The notes: generated by a model from the sequence alone, not told the origin. A stretch of DNA of 64,000 nt from a candidate division FCPU426 bacterium (GCA_963719085.1 CAVRAL010000001.1:864001-928000), one strand, 5' to 3'. Shown: positions 28,921 to 38,733, numbered from the stretch's first letter. A program made the numbers and translations.

Positions 28921-30120
28921 CTAGGATTTTAATTCTTCGGTGATGGCGGCCTCAAGTTTGACCATGGCCTTGTCGATATCCGCCGGAGTGGCGATCAGGG
29001 GCGGCAGGAACCGGAGCACGGTTTCGTGGGCGGCGCCCACCAAAAGACCCTGCTTGGCGCATTGGGAAACCAAAGAAGCCGCGTTCCGGGTCATTTCCAA
29101 ACCTTGCACCAATCCAATTCCCCGCACCTCGGTAAAAAGCTTGGGATATCTTTTCTGGACCGTCAAAAGTTTCTCCCGCAAGTACTCGCCGTGCTTCGCC
29201 GCCAAGGCCACCAAGTCTTTCATAATGATCGTCTCAATATTGGCGATCGCCGCGGCGCTGATAATGGGATTGCCTCCGAACGTGGACGCGTGGTCCCCCG
29301 GCTGGAAGCCCGTGGCCGCCTGATTGGTGACCATGAGGGCGCCCATCGGAAGCCCGGCGCCCAGCGCCTTGGCCGAAGTCATCATGTCCGGCTCAATGCC
29401 GTAATGCTCGTAAGCCCACATCTTGCCGGTGCGGCCCAAGCCGGTCTGCACCTCGTCCAGAATGAGAAGCAAGCCGCTTTCCCGGGTCAATTCCCGGAGG
29501 TCTTTAAGGAATTTCTGGTCCGCGGGATAAATGCCGCCCTCGCATTGGATGACCTCGACTAAAACCGCTCCCGTTTTGACCGTGATGAGCTTCTTCACGC
29601 TTTCGATATTGTTGAAGGTGGCGAACTTGAATCCGGGCAAAAGCGGGTCCAGGCCTTCCTGGTATTTCACCTGGCCCGTGGCTGAGATGGCGCCCATGGT
29701 GCGGCCATGGAAAGACCGGTGGAAGCTGATGATCTCGTGTTTGTCCTGGCCCTGCCGCCTGAAATATTTCCGGACCAGCTTGATGGCGGCCTCAATGGCC
29801 TCCGCGCCCGAGTTGCAAAAGAAGATTTTTTGCGCGAACGAAATTTCGCACAAAAGCTTGGCCAACTTGACGTTGGGCTCGTTGTAATAGTAATTGGAGA
29901 CGTGGCCGAGCTTCTTGGCTTCCTCGATGATGGCGTTCACCACCTCCGGATAGGCTTGGCCCAGGCCATTGACCGCGATACCGGAAAAAAAGTCCAGATA
30001 GACGGTGCGTTCGGAATCATAGACATGGACGCCTTCACCGCGCATGAGCACGATCTTTTGCCGGTTATAAACCGGGAGAAGATGATCGTCGCCGCTTTGG
30101 ATGATCTTGTAGGTTTCCAT
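28921..30120 (-). CDS. argD: Acetylornithine aminotransferase
   Basis: FFCNSGAEA, SFHGRT, DEVQTG, AKALGAG, HASTFGGNP; AGGAG RBS before ATG 30120. Confidence 0.93.
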   Translation of the reverse strand: METYKIIQSGDDHLLPVYNRQKIVLMRGEGVHVYDSERTVYLDFFSGIAVNGLGQAYPEVVNAIIEEAKKLGHVSNYYYNEPNVKLAKLLCEISFAQKIFFCNSGAEAIEAAIKLVRKYFRRQGQDKHEIISFHRSFHGRTMGAISATGQVKYQEGLDPLLPGFKFATFNNIESVKKLITVKTGAVLVEVIQCEGGIYPADQKFLKDLRELTRESGLLLILDEVQTGLGRTGKMWAYEHYGIEPDMMTSAKALGAGLPMGALMVTNQAATGFQPGDHASTFGGNPIISAAAIANIETIIMKDLVALAAKHGEYLREKLLTVQKRYPKLFTEVRGIGLVQGLEMTRNAASLVSQCAKQGLLVGAAHETVLRFLPPLIATPADIDKAMVKLEAAITEELKS

Positions 30121-30182
30121 GTTTTTCTCCTGAAAAATGAAAAAGCCCCCGTTGGGCTGTGCCACGGAGACTTATCGGGGGC

Positions 30183-30212
30183 ATCTTACCGGGAATCCGG
30201 GGAGCCTGTCAA
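30183..30212 (-). promoter_or_regulatory. sigma70-type promoter of the arg/lys/dap run
   Basis: TTGACA-18nt-TAAGAT on the minus strand. Confidence 0.7.
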
Positions 30213-30246
30213 CAAGCCACAAAAAGGCTTGAAAACAAGACTTGGA

Positions 30247-30410
30247 ACAATGATGGACGCGGATGAACGCGGATAAAACAATTACGATTACTCGGCTTTA
30301 ATCATCTGCGTTCATCAGCGTGCGCGCCGCTCCTCCACATAAGGGTCAGCGGGGAGCGGCATTGTCCCGGGATTCCTTAACTTTCACGTGGAGTCCCGGG
30401 GCATCATGGC
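30247..30410. repeat. REP-like element family A with nested two-hairpin insert in the right arm
   Basis: acaatgatggacgcggatgaacgcggat ... atctgcgttcatcagcgt-[insert ~30322-30401]-catcatggc. Confidence 0.88.
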
Positions 30411-30429
30411 AAATTGACTTTTTGTAGTT

Positions 30430-31578
30430 TTAAACCCGCACGCTGGGATTGGTCAGCTTTTCGTATTCCTGGATGGCGAAACGGTCGGTCATCCCGGCGA
30501 TATAGTCCGCGATCGCGCGGTGAAGCGTCTCTTGGCCGGACTTAATCTTTTCCCGGGTGGCCTTGGGCAGAATATCCGGGTTGGCTGAATAGAGCCTGAA
30601 GAGTTCCTGGATGACTTTTTTCGACTTGTCCTCAATACGGATCACCCGGTCATGCCGGTACATATTTTGGAACAAAAATTTCTTCATGTCCTGATGGTCA
30701 ATACGCGCCTTATTCGAAAACGCCGCGATCTCCTCGGGCGCCCGGCGCACCTCCATCAATGTTTTGATCCCGAACTTATCGATCCGGCGCTGGGTTTCCT
30801 CAATGACATCCGTCACCCAATAATTGATCAACCGGTTCACGGCCTGGTATTTGGTCTTCCCCCGGCTTAAATTCGGATAATCGGTTTGAACCTTTTTGAG
30901 CGTCTCTTCCCAAATGGAGACCGCCTTGAGTTCCTCGAAATCCAGAAGCCGGGAGGTAATCCCGTCGTCGATGTCATGGGCCGTATAGGCGATCTCGTCG
31001 GACAGGTCCACGATTTGGGCTTCCAGGGTGTATTGCTCCCCATAGCCTTCCTGGGGGCGGTCATAGCGGGTCCGGTGCTTGTCGATACCTTCCAACACTT
31101 CATAAGAAAGGTTCAGTCCGTCAAAGTCGGGATATTTTTCCTCGAGGTGCGTCACGATCCGGTAGCTTTGCGCGTTGTGCTCGAATCCCCCGTCGTTTTT
31201 CATCAAGTCATTCAAAACCTTCTCTCCCATATGGCCGAAAGGCGTATGGCCCAAGTCGTGGGCCAAGGCGATGGCTTCGGTTAAATCCTGGTTGAGCCCC
31301 AGGGTCCTGGCAATGGACCGGGCGATCTGCGCCACTTCCAAAGTGTGGGTGATGCGGGTCCGGTAATAGTCCCCCTCATGGTTGACGAAGACCTGGGTTT
31401 TATATTGCAGCCGGCGAAAGGCCGAGGAATGGATGACGCGGTCCCGGTCCCGTTGAAAGGTTGTCCGGTAGATATGCTCGGGCTCGGGATATTTGCGCCC
31501 GGTGGATTGGGCCGCCCGGACCGCGAATGGCGCCAGGCTTTGATCCTCGAGTTTTTCCAAATCTTCCCGGCGATACAT
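30430..31578 (-). CDS. dgt: Deoxyguanosinetriphosphate triphosphohydrolase (HD family)
   Basis: FQRDRDR, RRLQYKTQV, RTRITH, HDLGH.PFGH, DYIAGMTD. Confidence 0.95.
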   Translation of the reverse strand: MYRREDLEKLEDQSLAPFAVRAAQSTGRKYPEPEHIYRTTFQRDRDRVIHSSAFRRLQYKTQVFVNHEGDYYRTRITHTLEVAQIARSIARTLGLNQDLTEAIALAHDLGHTPFGHMGEKVLNDLMKNDGGFEHNAQSYRIVTHLEEKYPDFDGLNLSYEVLEGIDKHRTRYDRPQEGYGEQYTLEAQIVDLSDEIAYTAHDIDDGITSRLLDFEELKAVSIWEETLKKVQTDYPNLSRGKTKYQAVNRLINYWVTDVIEETQRRIDKFGIKTLMEVRRAPEEIAAFSNKARIDHQDMKKFLFQNMYRHDRVIRIEDKSKKVIQELFRLYSANPDILPKATREKIKSGQETLHRAIADYIAGMTDRFAIQEYEKLTNPSVRV

Positions 31579-31827
31579 GGGGATCCTGACGGCGAAAGAA
31601 TTAAGGGAGACATGGAAATAGTAGCGGGTGGAAAGGCAAAGTGCTAGGGGGAACAATAGATTCGGGAAACACAAAGAAAACCGACGGGCTAGGGGAACTT
31701 CGAGATACAAAGTTAAAGGTCGTTCGGGCTTATGGCGCCCCAACAATCTTTATTAAATTTTTTGGAGGTTGGGACCATCCATTTTTTCCATATCGTCGCC
31801 AGAGGCGACATTTTGTAATGAAAAAAA

Positions 31828-31903
31828 TGGTGGAGGCGATGGGGATCGAACCCACGACCCCTTCCATGCCATGGAAGTGCTCTCCCAGCTGAGCTACGCC
31901 CCC
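31828..31903 (-). tRNA. tRNA-Ala(GGC)
   Basis: GGGGGCGTAGCTCAG...CTTCC-ATGGCAT-GGAAG...GTTCGAT...CCACCA. Confidence 0.97.
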
Positions 31904-31968
31904 TCCGGTCTAACAGCGGACAGTGATTCTAACTAAAATGGATAAAAAAACAAGCGACATCATAAAAT

Positions 31969-32068
31969 TGGCCTGCCAACTGTAGCGGCTCGTTGAACCA
32001 GCCCCCTACGCCGAGGCTTCGGGGGCCAACTTTCGCTATTATCAAAATTTGATCGTAGCGAAAGTTGG
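31969..32068. repeat. Palindromic module abutting the tRNA-Val 3' end (REP-like family C)
   Basis: ccaactttcgcta/tagcgaaagttgg stem that includes the CCA, plus ccccctacgccgaggcttcgggggcc hairpin. Confidence 0.75.
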
Positions 32069-32142
32069 TGGGCGAAACAGGATTTGAACCTGTGACCCCC
32101 TGCGTGTAAAGCAGGTGCTCTAACCAGCTGAGCTATTCGCCC
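32066..32142 (-). tRNA. tRNA-Val(TAC)
   Basis: GGGCGAATAGCTCAG...CCTGC-TTTACAC-GCAGG...GTTCAAA...CCCACCA. Confidence 0.97.
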
Positions 32143-32194
32143 GTAGTAAAACCTTAATTAAGCCTATACTAAAAACAAGACCTACAACTAAACT

Positions 32195-32238
32195 TGGGTG
32201 GCCCTGAGCAACGTTGAAGGGCTGAGCTATTCGTCCCC
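32195..32238 (-). pseudogene. tRNA-Val 5' fragment fused to a short palindrome
   Basis: GGGGACGAATAGCTCAGC matches the tRNA-Val 5' end, followed by hairpin GCCCTTCAACGTTGCTCAGGGC. Confidence 0.6.
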
Positions 32239-32277
32239 AAAAAACAAAACCCTAGGCCGTTTTCAGCGGCTAGGGTT
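32239..32277 (-). terminator. Rho-independent terminator after spoVS
   Basis: AACCCTAGCCG...CGGCCTAGGGTT followed by a T-tract on the minus strand. Confidence 0.7.
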
Positions 32278-32301
32278 GACAGAATGACCACCCAACGTTT
32301 T

Positions 32302-32577
32302 TCAGGCGTTTTTTTCAATCGAAAGTAAAAATTTGATGGCGCTCTTTTTCTCGCCGTCGATGGTCAGGTGGATAAACTCGGGTTTGCAACTGGCGTCCAT
32401 GCCGTCCCCCCGCAAAAAGCCGCGGGCGATCGCGATGGCCTTGACCGTGTTATTAATGCTTTCCGGTCCCATGGCCACGATCTCAACCTGCTTCCCATCC
32501 CGGACGTTGTTGGCGATGGCCCCAGCCACGGTGGAGGGATTGCTTTTGGCTGCGACTTTGAGCGTCATTGTCCCCAC
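32302..32577 (-). CDS. spoVS: Stage V sporulation protein S family protein
   Basis: LKVAAKSNPSTVAGAIA, GP...N..VKAIAIARGFL, DGEKKSAIKF; start GTG 32577 or ATG 32568. Confidence 0.92.
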   Translation of the reverse strand: MGTMTLKVAAKSNPSTVAGAIANNVRDGKQVEIVAMGPESINNTVKAIAIARGFLRGDGMDASCKPEFIHLTIDGEKKSAIKFLLSIEKNA

Positions 32578-32620
32578 GAGGTGTGGCTCCTTCTTAACAA
32601 CGAACCGATTTAGCAAACTT

Positions 32621-32649
32621 TTTATATCACGCGCCTAGGGGGCTGTCAA
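32621..32649 (-). promoter_or_regulatory. sigma70-type promoter of spoVS
   Basis: TTGACA-17nt-TATAAA with extended TG. Confidence 0.75.
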
Positions 32650-32680
32650 CCAAGGGGCCAAAAGCCCCCCTTCAGGCCGA

Positions 32681-35020
32681 TTATCCGAGGATGACTTCCA
32701 CTTCGTTCTTCGCTTTACCCTTTTGAGTCGGAATGACGTTCCCGGCGATCCGCTTTCCGTTCACAATCACCGATTTCACGCCTTGGCTCACATGTTTCGG
32801 GTTTTTCACCGTGATGTGATAAACCGCGCCACGGAACTCACGGGTCACTTCATATTGGTTCCAATCCTTCGGAATACAAGGATCCACCATCAATCCCTTA
32901 TAGGTCGGCCGGACGCCCAGGATGTTCTGGGTGGCGGCCACATAGTTCCAGCTGGCGGCGCCGGTCAGCCAAGAATTGCGGGCAAAACCAAAATCCCGGT
33001 GTTCCCGCGAGGCGATCGCCTGGGCGTAAATATAAGGCTCTGCCCGGTGGATTTCCTGGATCTTGTCCTTGGTGGTCGGCAGCAGTTGTTTGTAATACTT
33101 CATGGCGATATCCGCGCGGCCCAACTTGGTTTCCGCGATGACGGCCCAAGGATTGGCGTGCGAGAAAATTCCGCCGTTTTCCTTCAAGCCCGGCGGGAAG
33201 GTGCTGACGCCGCCCAAGCGGGGGCTGAAATGCTTGAAGCCCGGATACATCAAAGCCACGCCGTACTTGGAATCCAAGTATTTCTTAACCGCGTCCATGC
33301 ACTCGGGGCCGCGCTTCTCGTCCGCGACGCCGGAGATGACGGCCCAGGTCTGGGTGTTCAAATACACCTGGCCGTCTTTCTGCTTATGGGATCCCAGCAT
33401 GGTTCCCCATCCGTCAAAGGCCATGGCGTACCAAGCGCCGTCCCAGCAAACCTTGTTGGTGCGGGCGGCCATGTCATCGGCCATCTTCCGGTACTTCTTG
33501 GCGTCGGCGGACTTGCCCATCGTCTCCGCCAATTCGGCGAAGTCCCGCGCGCACTTCACCAGGAACTGGGCCACCCAAACGCTTTCGCCGGGCTTAGGCC
33601 CGTTGATTTGCAGGGTGTCATTCCAATCGGCGAATCCCATGCATGGAATCTTATGGGCTCCGATATTGTGATAGGTGTAATCCAAAGGCGCGCGCAAATG
33701 CTCGTACATGGTGGCCGCGCCCCCATCGGCCCACTTTACTTTTTCACTCAGGAACTTAAAGTCCCCGGTTTCCTTCACATAAGCCGTGGTGGATAAAATG
33801 ATCCAAAGCGGATCGTCCGAGTAACCCTTGCCGTCCCCTTCGCCGGTGAGGCGGAAGAACTGGTGATAAGCGGTCCCGTCCTTGAACATATTCTTGGCCA
33901 AATCCGTGATCAGCTTTTTGACCTTGCCCGGCACGCTGTGAATAACGCTCAAAACGTCCTGGTTGCTGTCGCGGAATCCCATACCGCGGCCGATGCCGCC
34001 CTCATATATGGAAGGACCCCGGGACATGCTGAAAGTCGTGTGAACCTGGTAGGCGTTCCATTGGTTCAAGGACAGGTTGACGTCTTTGTCCGGAGTCTTG
34101 ACCTGTAACGAGGCCAGCTTTTCGGTCCAATGGGACTTCAATTCCTTCATGACCTTATCGACCATGCCGGCTTTTTTGTATTTGGCCACGAGTTTGGCGC
34201 CGGCGGCAGGGCCCGAGGCGACCCCCAGGATGTAGGTGACCGACTTGCTTTCACCCGGTTTCAGGGTGATTTGAAGGGTGGTGGCGGCGACCGGATTTCC
34301 GCCGTCAGCGGTGGAACCCGAGCACTTGCCCTCAATAACGGCCTTGGGGTTGGCTTCGGAATGATAAAGACCCATGAATTCCTCACGGTCGCAATCATAA
34401 GAAGCGAACTTTTTATCCGCCGAGAAAAAGGCGTAATGGCCCGCGCTCTCGATCATCGTGGTGTGATGGATGATGTTGTTCTTCTCAAAGGCCTTGGCGA
34501 TGTTATAGGTGTATTGGAAGTTGATCATGTCGTTCTGGGCAAAGAACAAGCACAATTCCGCGTAAGAGGTTAAAGTCAGGGTCTTGGTGGCCGAAGTCTG
34601 GTTTTTGAGCGTCAGGCTCCACAATTCCAAATTATCGTCCACGGGCACCACATACAGCATGTCGGATTCCACGCCCTTATAGCTGGAAGTCACCCGGGTA
34701 TAGCCGAAGCCGTGTCGGGTCTCGGTTTTGTATTCGGACAAATCCTTCAACACCGGCTGCCAGGTGGCGGACCAATAGTCCTTGGTTTTTTCGTCGCGGA
34801 TATAAACGTACCGGCCGGGCCGGTCCATGGGAATGTTGTTCAAACGGTAGCGCAGGATGCGCTTGTCGCGCGCGGAAAGGTGGAAGCTGTAGCCCCCGCC
34901 GTTGTTGGAAATCAAGGCGCAATATTCATCGTTATGCAGGTAATTCATCCACGGCACCGGGGTATCGGGTCTTTCAATCACATATTCCTTATTAGGGACG
35001 TCGAAATAACCGTAGCGCAT
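32681..35020 (-). CDS. GH94 phosphorylase (cellobiose/cellodextrin/chitobiose phosphorylase-like)
   Basis: MRYGYFD..KEYVI..PDTP.PW.NYL, GMGFRDSNQD, catalytic DWND, PPGLKENGGIF, NSWLTG. Confidence 0.93.
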   Translation of the reverse strand: MRYGYFDVPNKEYVIERPDTPVPWMNYLHNDEYCALISNNGGGYSFHLSARDKRILRYRLNNIPMDRPGRYVYIRDEKTKDYWSATWQPVLKDLSEYKTETRHGFGYTRVTSSYKGVESDMLYVVPVDDNLELWSLTLKNQTSATKTLTLTSYAELCLFFAQNDMINFQYTYNIAKAFEKNNIIHHTTMIESAGHYAFFSADKKFASYDCDREEFMGLYHSEANPKAVIEGKCSGSTADGGNPVAATTLQITLKPGESKSVTYILGVASGPAAGAKLVAKYKKAGMVDKVMKELKSHWTEKLASLQVKTPDKDVNLSLNQWNAYQVHTTFSMSRGPSIYEGGIGRGMGFRDSNQDVLSVIHSVPGKVKKLITDLAKNMFKDGTAYHQFFRLTGEGDGKGYSDDPLWIILSTTAYVKETGDFKFLSEKVKWADGGAATMYEHLRAPLDYTYHNIGAHKIPCMGFADWNDTLQINGPKPGESVWVAQFLVKCARDFAELAETMGKSADAKKYRKMADDMAARTNKVCWDGAWYAMAFDGWGTMLGSHKQKDGQVYLNTQTWAVISGVADEKRGPECMDAVKKYLDSKYGVALMYPGFKHFSPRLGGVSTFPPGLKENGGIFSHANPWAVIAETKLGRADIAMKYYKQLLPTTKDKIQEIHRAEPYIYAQAIASREHRDFGFARNSWLTGAASWNYVAATQNILGVRPTYKGLMVDPCIPKDWNQYEVTREFRGAVYHITVKNPKHVSQGVKSVIVNGKRIAGNVIPTQKGKAKNEVEVILG

Positions 35021-35076
35021 GGTCATCCTCTTTTTTGTAGTGTGAACTTTTTCCAACGCTCTTCAGCCGCAAACAA

Positions 35077-35090
35077 TGAAACCGATTTAA
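35077..35090. promoter_or_regulatory. Putative LacI-family operator upstream of the GH94 gene
   Basis: TGAAACCGATTTAA imperfect palindrome with central CG. Confidence 0.45.
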
Positions 35091-35129
35091 TGACTTCGAA
35101 TTTCTCAGAGTCCGCTTTTAGCGAAACCC

Positions 35130-35167
35130 GGAAATATATGGTGGGTGATGCCGGGCATCGACCCGCG
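35130..35167 (-). repeat. Degenerate duplicate of the tRNA-Lys 3' end (att-like)
   Basis: atatggtgggtgatgccgggcatcgacccgcg versus tRNA atatggtgggtgatgcagggctcgaacctgcg. Confidence 0.85.
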
Positions 35168-35278
35168 CTTACGCGCTCATAGGGGAAAAACCCCCTATGG
35201 ACCCCATCTAAAACCGGGGAAACTTCCGTTTCCCCTACCCTTCCCAGGTTCTCGCCCTGCGGCGTAACTTGGAACATA

Positions 35279-35354
<76 letters not shown>

Positions 35355-35474
35355 GTTCAAAAAAATCAAAAACAAAAAATGGTGCGTACCTGGCACCGTA
35401 CAATAAATCAATGAGGCTGGTACATACCCCATTTTTTTATTTGAAGCTCTTGGCTCCAAACCTATTCAGAAAAA

Positions 35475-35551
35475 TGGTGCGCCTGAGAGGGCTCGAACCT
35501 CTGACCTACAGATTCGGAATCTGTCGCTCTATCCAACTGAGCTACAGGCGC
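35475..35551 (-). tRNA. tRNA-Arg(CCG)
   Basis: ACAGA-TTCCGAA-TCTGT anticodon arm, CCA end. Confidence 0.97.
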
Positions 35552-35624
35552 CTGAAACTACGCCCAAGGTCCAGGGTCCATCACTCTTCGCCGCTCAAAC
35601 CCAGTGGAAAATCGCTTCAAAAAA

Positions 35625-35702
35625 TGGGGTGAGAGACGGGACTTGAACCCGCAACCCCCAGATCCACAATCTGGTGCTCTAACCAATTGAGCTACTCCCA
35701 CC
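35625..35702 (-). tRNA. tRNA-His(GTG)
   Basis: CCAGA-TTGTGGA-TCTGG anticodon arm, encoded G-1, CCCA end. Confidence 0.96.
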
Positions 35703-35820
35703 ATCTTCTTCCGCACCACTAAGGTCATGGCAGGACTTCAGTTTATTTCCCTTAAAAAAGCCGAGAACACAAACCTTTCCCAAAAGAGCCTAACCCAACG
35801 ACCAGGAGAAAAGCCTTAAA

Positions 35821-35849
35821 AGTGTAAAAGTACACTATAGAAATGTAAA
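35821..35849 (-). promoter_or_regulatory. sigma70-type promoter upstream of tRNA-His
   Basis: TTTACA-17nt-TACACT on the minus strand. Confidence 0.55.
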
Positions 35850-36066
35850 GTTATATTTGATTGAAGTTGAGGCGGAATAGACCACCGAATCCGTGAAAAG
35901 TTTGGAAAACAGAAGGAGAAAAATGGCGCGCCCAACCACCTCAATCAACCCATTATGAAGATTGGACTTGTACCATTTTTTGTGTTCCAACAAAACATCC
36001 GTTTTGTTGATCTGTTAATGAAAAATGGTGCGGCCAATTCCCTTCAGTTGGTCTGTTAATGAAAAA

Positions 36067-36143
<77 letters not shown>

Positions 36144-36192
36144 GTGGATGAAAAGGAAAAAATAAATAGCAAAACAATCCGTTTGAACAATT

Positions 36193-36267
36193 TGGTCGGG
36201 GCGGTGAGATTCGAACTCACGGCCCCTTGGTCCCAAACCAAGTGCGCTACCGCTGCGCTACGCCCCG
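36193..36267 (-). tRNA. tRNA-Pro(TGG)
   Basis: CGGGGCGTAGCGCAG...CTTGG-TTTGGGA-CCAAG...GTTCGAAT...CCGACCA. Confidence 0.96.
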
Positions 36268-36361
36268 CTCAAATTGTTCAAACCGGAAACCGCCTCAGCC
36301 TAAAGCCAAAGCGGGAGCCATTTTATGGGATGTTTCGAGTTTCTGGGAAATAAAACCGGGA

Positions 36362-36961
36362 CTAGGCCTTCGCCCATTGGGACAAAAAGACCTTGGCTTT
36401 TTGAACCGCCCGGCCCCGATGGCTGAGGACGTTTTTCTCTTCCAAGGTCATCTCGGCGAAAACCTTTTCAACGCCTTCGGGTTGGAAAACCGGGTCATAG
36501 CCAAAAGTTCTTTCCCCCTGGGCGGTCGGTGTAATCAGCCCTTCCACCCGGCCCTCAAAGACCCGCGGTGATTGGCCCGGGAAATAAAGCGTGATGATCG
36601 TCCTGAAAGCCGCTTGCCGCTTGGGCGTTGGAACGTCTTTCATCACCTCCAGCAATTTACGGACATTATCCTGGTAGGTGCATTTTTCACCCGCGAAACG
36701 GGCCGCGTAGATTCCCGGCTGGCCGTCCAGCGCTTCCACAAAAAGCCCCGTATCATCCGCCAGGGTCGGTAAACCCGTAAAGGCGGAAATCTCCTTGGCT
36801 TTTTTAAGGGAATTTTCCTCGAGGCTTTTTCCGTCCTCAATGACATCCGGCACGCCCGGAAACTCGAAAGCCGCCGTCAGTTCCAACGGCAAATCTTCCA
36901 ATTCTTTTTTGAGTTCGACGAACTTGTCCCGGTTATGGGTAGCGACCACTAACTTTTTCAT
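36362..36961 (-). CDS. rdgB: dITP/XTP pyrophosphatase (RdgB/HAM1)
   Basis: [32 protein letters not shown]. Confidence 0.96.
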   Translation of the reverse strand: MKKLVVATHNRDKFVELKKELEDLPLELTAAFEFPGVPDVIEDGKSLEENSLKKAKEISAFTGLPTLADDTGLFVEALDGQPGIYAARFAGEKCTYQDNVRKLLEVMKDVPTPKRQAAFRTIITLYFPGQSPRVFEGRVEGLITPTAQGERTFGYDPVFQPEGVEKVFAEMTLEEKNVLSHRGRAVQKAKVFLSQWAKA

Positions 36962-37665
36962 TTCGGCTTGGCCATCACCTTTTTTTGCGCTTTGAAAACT
37001 TCGCCGATCCCCTTTTGGGCCAGGGCCAAGAGGGTGGCAAGCTGGGCGTGGGAAAAGGGTTCCTTTTCAGCCGTCCCCTGGACCTCCACGAAACGGCCCG
37101 ATCCGGTCATGACCACGTTAAAATCCACGTCCGCCGAGGAATCCTCCTCGTAACACAAATCCAAAACCGGTTTGCCCTTGACGAGTCCCACGCTGACCGC
37201 CGCCACGGGTTCTTTGACCGGGGAGGACTTCAGCAGACCCTTCTTTTGAAGTTTTTGAACCGCGTCGGTGAGCGCCACATAGGCTCCGTTGATGGAAGCC
37301 GTGCGGGTGCCGCCATCGGCCTGCAAAACATCACAATCGATCACGATTTGGCGTTCTCCCAATTTTTCCAAATCCACCACGGCCCGAAGCGACCGGCCGA
37401 TAAGCCGCTGGATCTCATGGGTGCGTCCCCCGATTTTTCCCTTGGCGGACTCCCGGGGACTGCGGTCTTGGGTGCTTCGGGGCAGCATGGAATATTCGGC
37501 CGTGACCCAGCCCTTTCCTTTCCCCTTTAAAAAGGATGGAACATCCTCGGAAACGGAGGCGTTGCACAAAACCTTGGTGTTTCCCATGGAGACTAAAACC
37601 GAACCTTCGGCGTAGCGGGTGAAAGACCGGACAAATTGAATGGGTCGAATGCCTTTGGGAGCCAT
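36958..37665 (-). CDS. rph: Ribonuclease PH
   Basis: [43 protein letters not shown]. Confidence 0.98.
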   Translation of the reverse strand: MAPKGIRPIQFVRSFTRYAEGSVLVSMGNTKVLCNASVSEDVPSFLKGKGKGWVTAEYSMLPRSTQDRSPRESAKGKIGGRTHEIQRLIGRSLRAVVDLEKLGERQIVIDCDVLQADGGTRTASINGAYVALTDAVQKLQKKGLLKSSPVKEPVAAVSVGLVKGKPVLDLCYEEDSSADVDFNVVMTGSGRFVEVQGTAEKEPFSHAQLATLLALAQKGIGEVFKAQKKVMAKPK

Positions 37666-37714
37666 GGGTTTCCTTTAATTAAAATGATCCGAGGGGGACT
37701 TCGCGGCGAAAAAA

Positions 37715-38677
37715 CTAAACGACGAAACTCTTTAACCGGGTTAAATCGTCGACTTCCTTATTGGCCTGGGAGGCCCGTTCCACCTTCTCATTAATCCATT
37801 GATAGAGCCGGGCCCGGACTTTGTTTTTCATCCCGGTTCCCAAACCCTTTTCCACGGCTTGAAGCCGCAAGGACAAAAGCGTCCCCAATCCGGCGTCAAA
37901 AACGGCGTTGGCCTTGGAAGGGTCCAAACTATTTTTGTTTTCCACCAATCGCTGGCTGTCCAAAGAGCCGTCCTGCAATAAATTGCCGGCCGCGTCCCAA
38001 TTGGCGTTGCGGAAAATTTCAGGATACTTTTCCCGGGTCAATTCCACCGTGCGTTCCAGCATCTTGAAGGTTTTCTTCTCCCCCACCAAATCTTTCAACT
38101 CATGGATGATGATGTTCCGGAACTCGTCGTAAAGCAGTAAAAACTCATATTCCTTCTGGGCCTGTTTCAGGCTTTCTTCGGCCGAAACCGCTACCGCGGC
38201 CGCGGCGACCGGCGCCGCGGGCGTTGTCGACGGAAGGAAAGGCGCGGACATGGGCTGGCTAAAATCAATGTCGAGCCCCGCGTTGGCTTCGGCGGGCGGA
38301 GGGGCTTCCACGGCGGCACCGGGCTCCACCGGGACGGGGGCTTCTGAAACGATGGATTCAACGCGAGCGGCTTGAGCCTCAACCGGCGCTTCTTCCACGG
38401 GAGCCGTTTGGGCGGCTTGTAATTTTTGTTCCAATAAATCTTGGAGGCGCCGCTCCAATTCCTGGGTCTTCGCCTCGAGTTCCTTTTCCCGCTCGCTTAT
38501 CCAATCTTGATACTTTTGCTCCACCGCGGCCGGAGGCTCGGACACGGCCGCTTCGGGGGTTTCCGGGGACGAAGCCGCTTCCTCAATCTTTTCAACGGCT
38601 TGACGCGCGGGTTCAAGGTCGCCCCCGAACAGCTCGCTGATGTCAATTTTTAACTCGTCGTCGGATTTGCGCATCAT
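37715..38677 (-). CDS. Hypothetical cytoplasmic protein (coiled coil, Pro/Ala linker, helical C-domain)
   Basis: 320 aa ORF with host-like codon use, AAGGTG RBS and its own promoter. Confidence 0.75.
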   Translation of the reverse strand: MMRKSDDELKIDISELFGGDLEPARQAVEKIEEAASSPETPEAAVSEPPAAVEQKYQDWISEREKELEAKTQELERRLQDLLEQKLQAAQTAPVEEAPVEAQAARVESIVSEAPVPVEPGAAVEAPPPAEANAGLDIDFSQPMSAPFLPSTTPAAPVAAAAVAVSAEESLKQAQKEYEFLLLYDEFRNIIIHELKDLVGEKKTFKMLERTVELTREKYPEIFRNANWDAAGNLLQDGSLDSQRLVENKNSLDPSKANAVFDAGLGTLLSLRLQAVEKGLGTGMKNKVRARLYQWINEKVERASQANKEVDDLTRLKSFVV

Positions 38678-38703
38678 TTCACCTTGATTTGGAAAGCGTG
38701 TGC

Positions 38704-38733
38704 ATCATATCGACTACCCTTAAAGCTTGTCAA
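38704..38733 (-). promoter_or_regulatory. sigma70-type promoter
   Basis: TTGACA-18nt-TATGAT on the minus strand. Confidence 0.7.

Noticed and set aside
30135..30182. Attenuator hairpin in the argD leader
   Set aside because: The 5' arm lies between the -10 box and the expected TSS, so it could not form in that transcript; more likely a terminator for upstream read-through.
30430..31578. dGTPase as an anti-phage defence gene
   Set aside because: Short housekeeping-type dgt in core context with host-like codon usage.
32723..33796. Long plus-strand ORFs (also 20127-21158, 42378-43262, 57340-58383, 60731-62038)
   Set aside because: Antisense shadows of well-supported minus-strand genes in GC-rich DNA; no recognisable motifs.
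32302..35130. GH94/spoVS as a tRNA-integrated genomic island
   Set aside because: The tRNA-Lys duplicate lies before GH94 and encloses only ~110 bp; no integrase or compositional shift.
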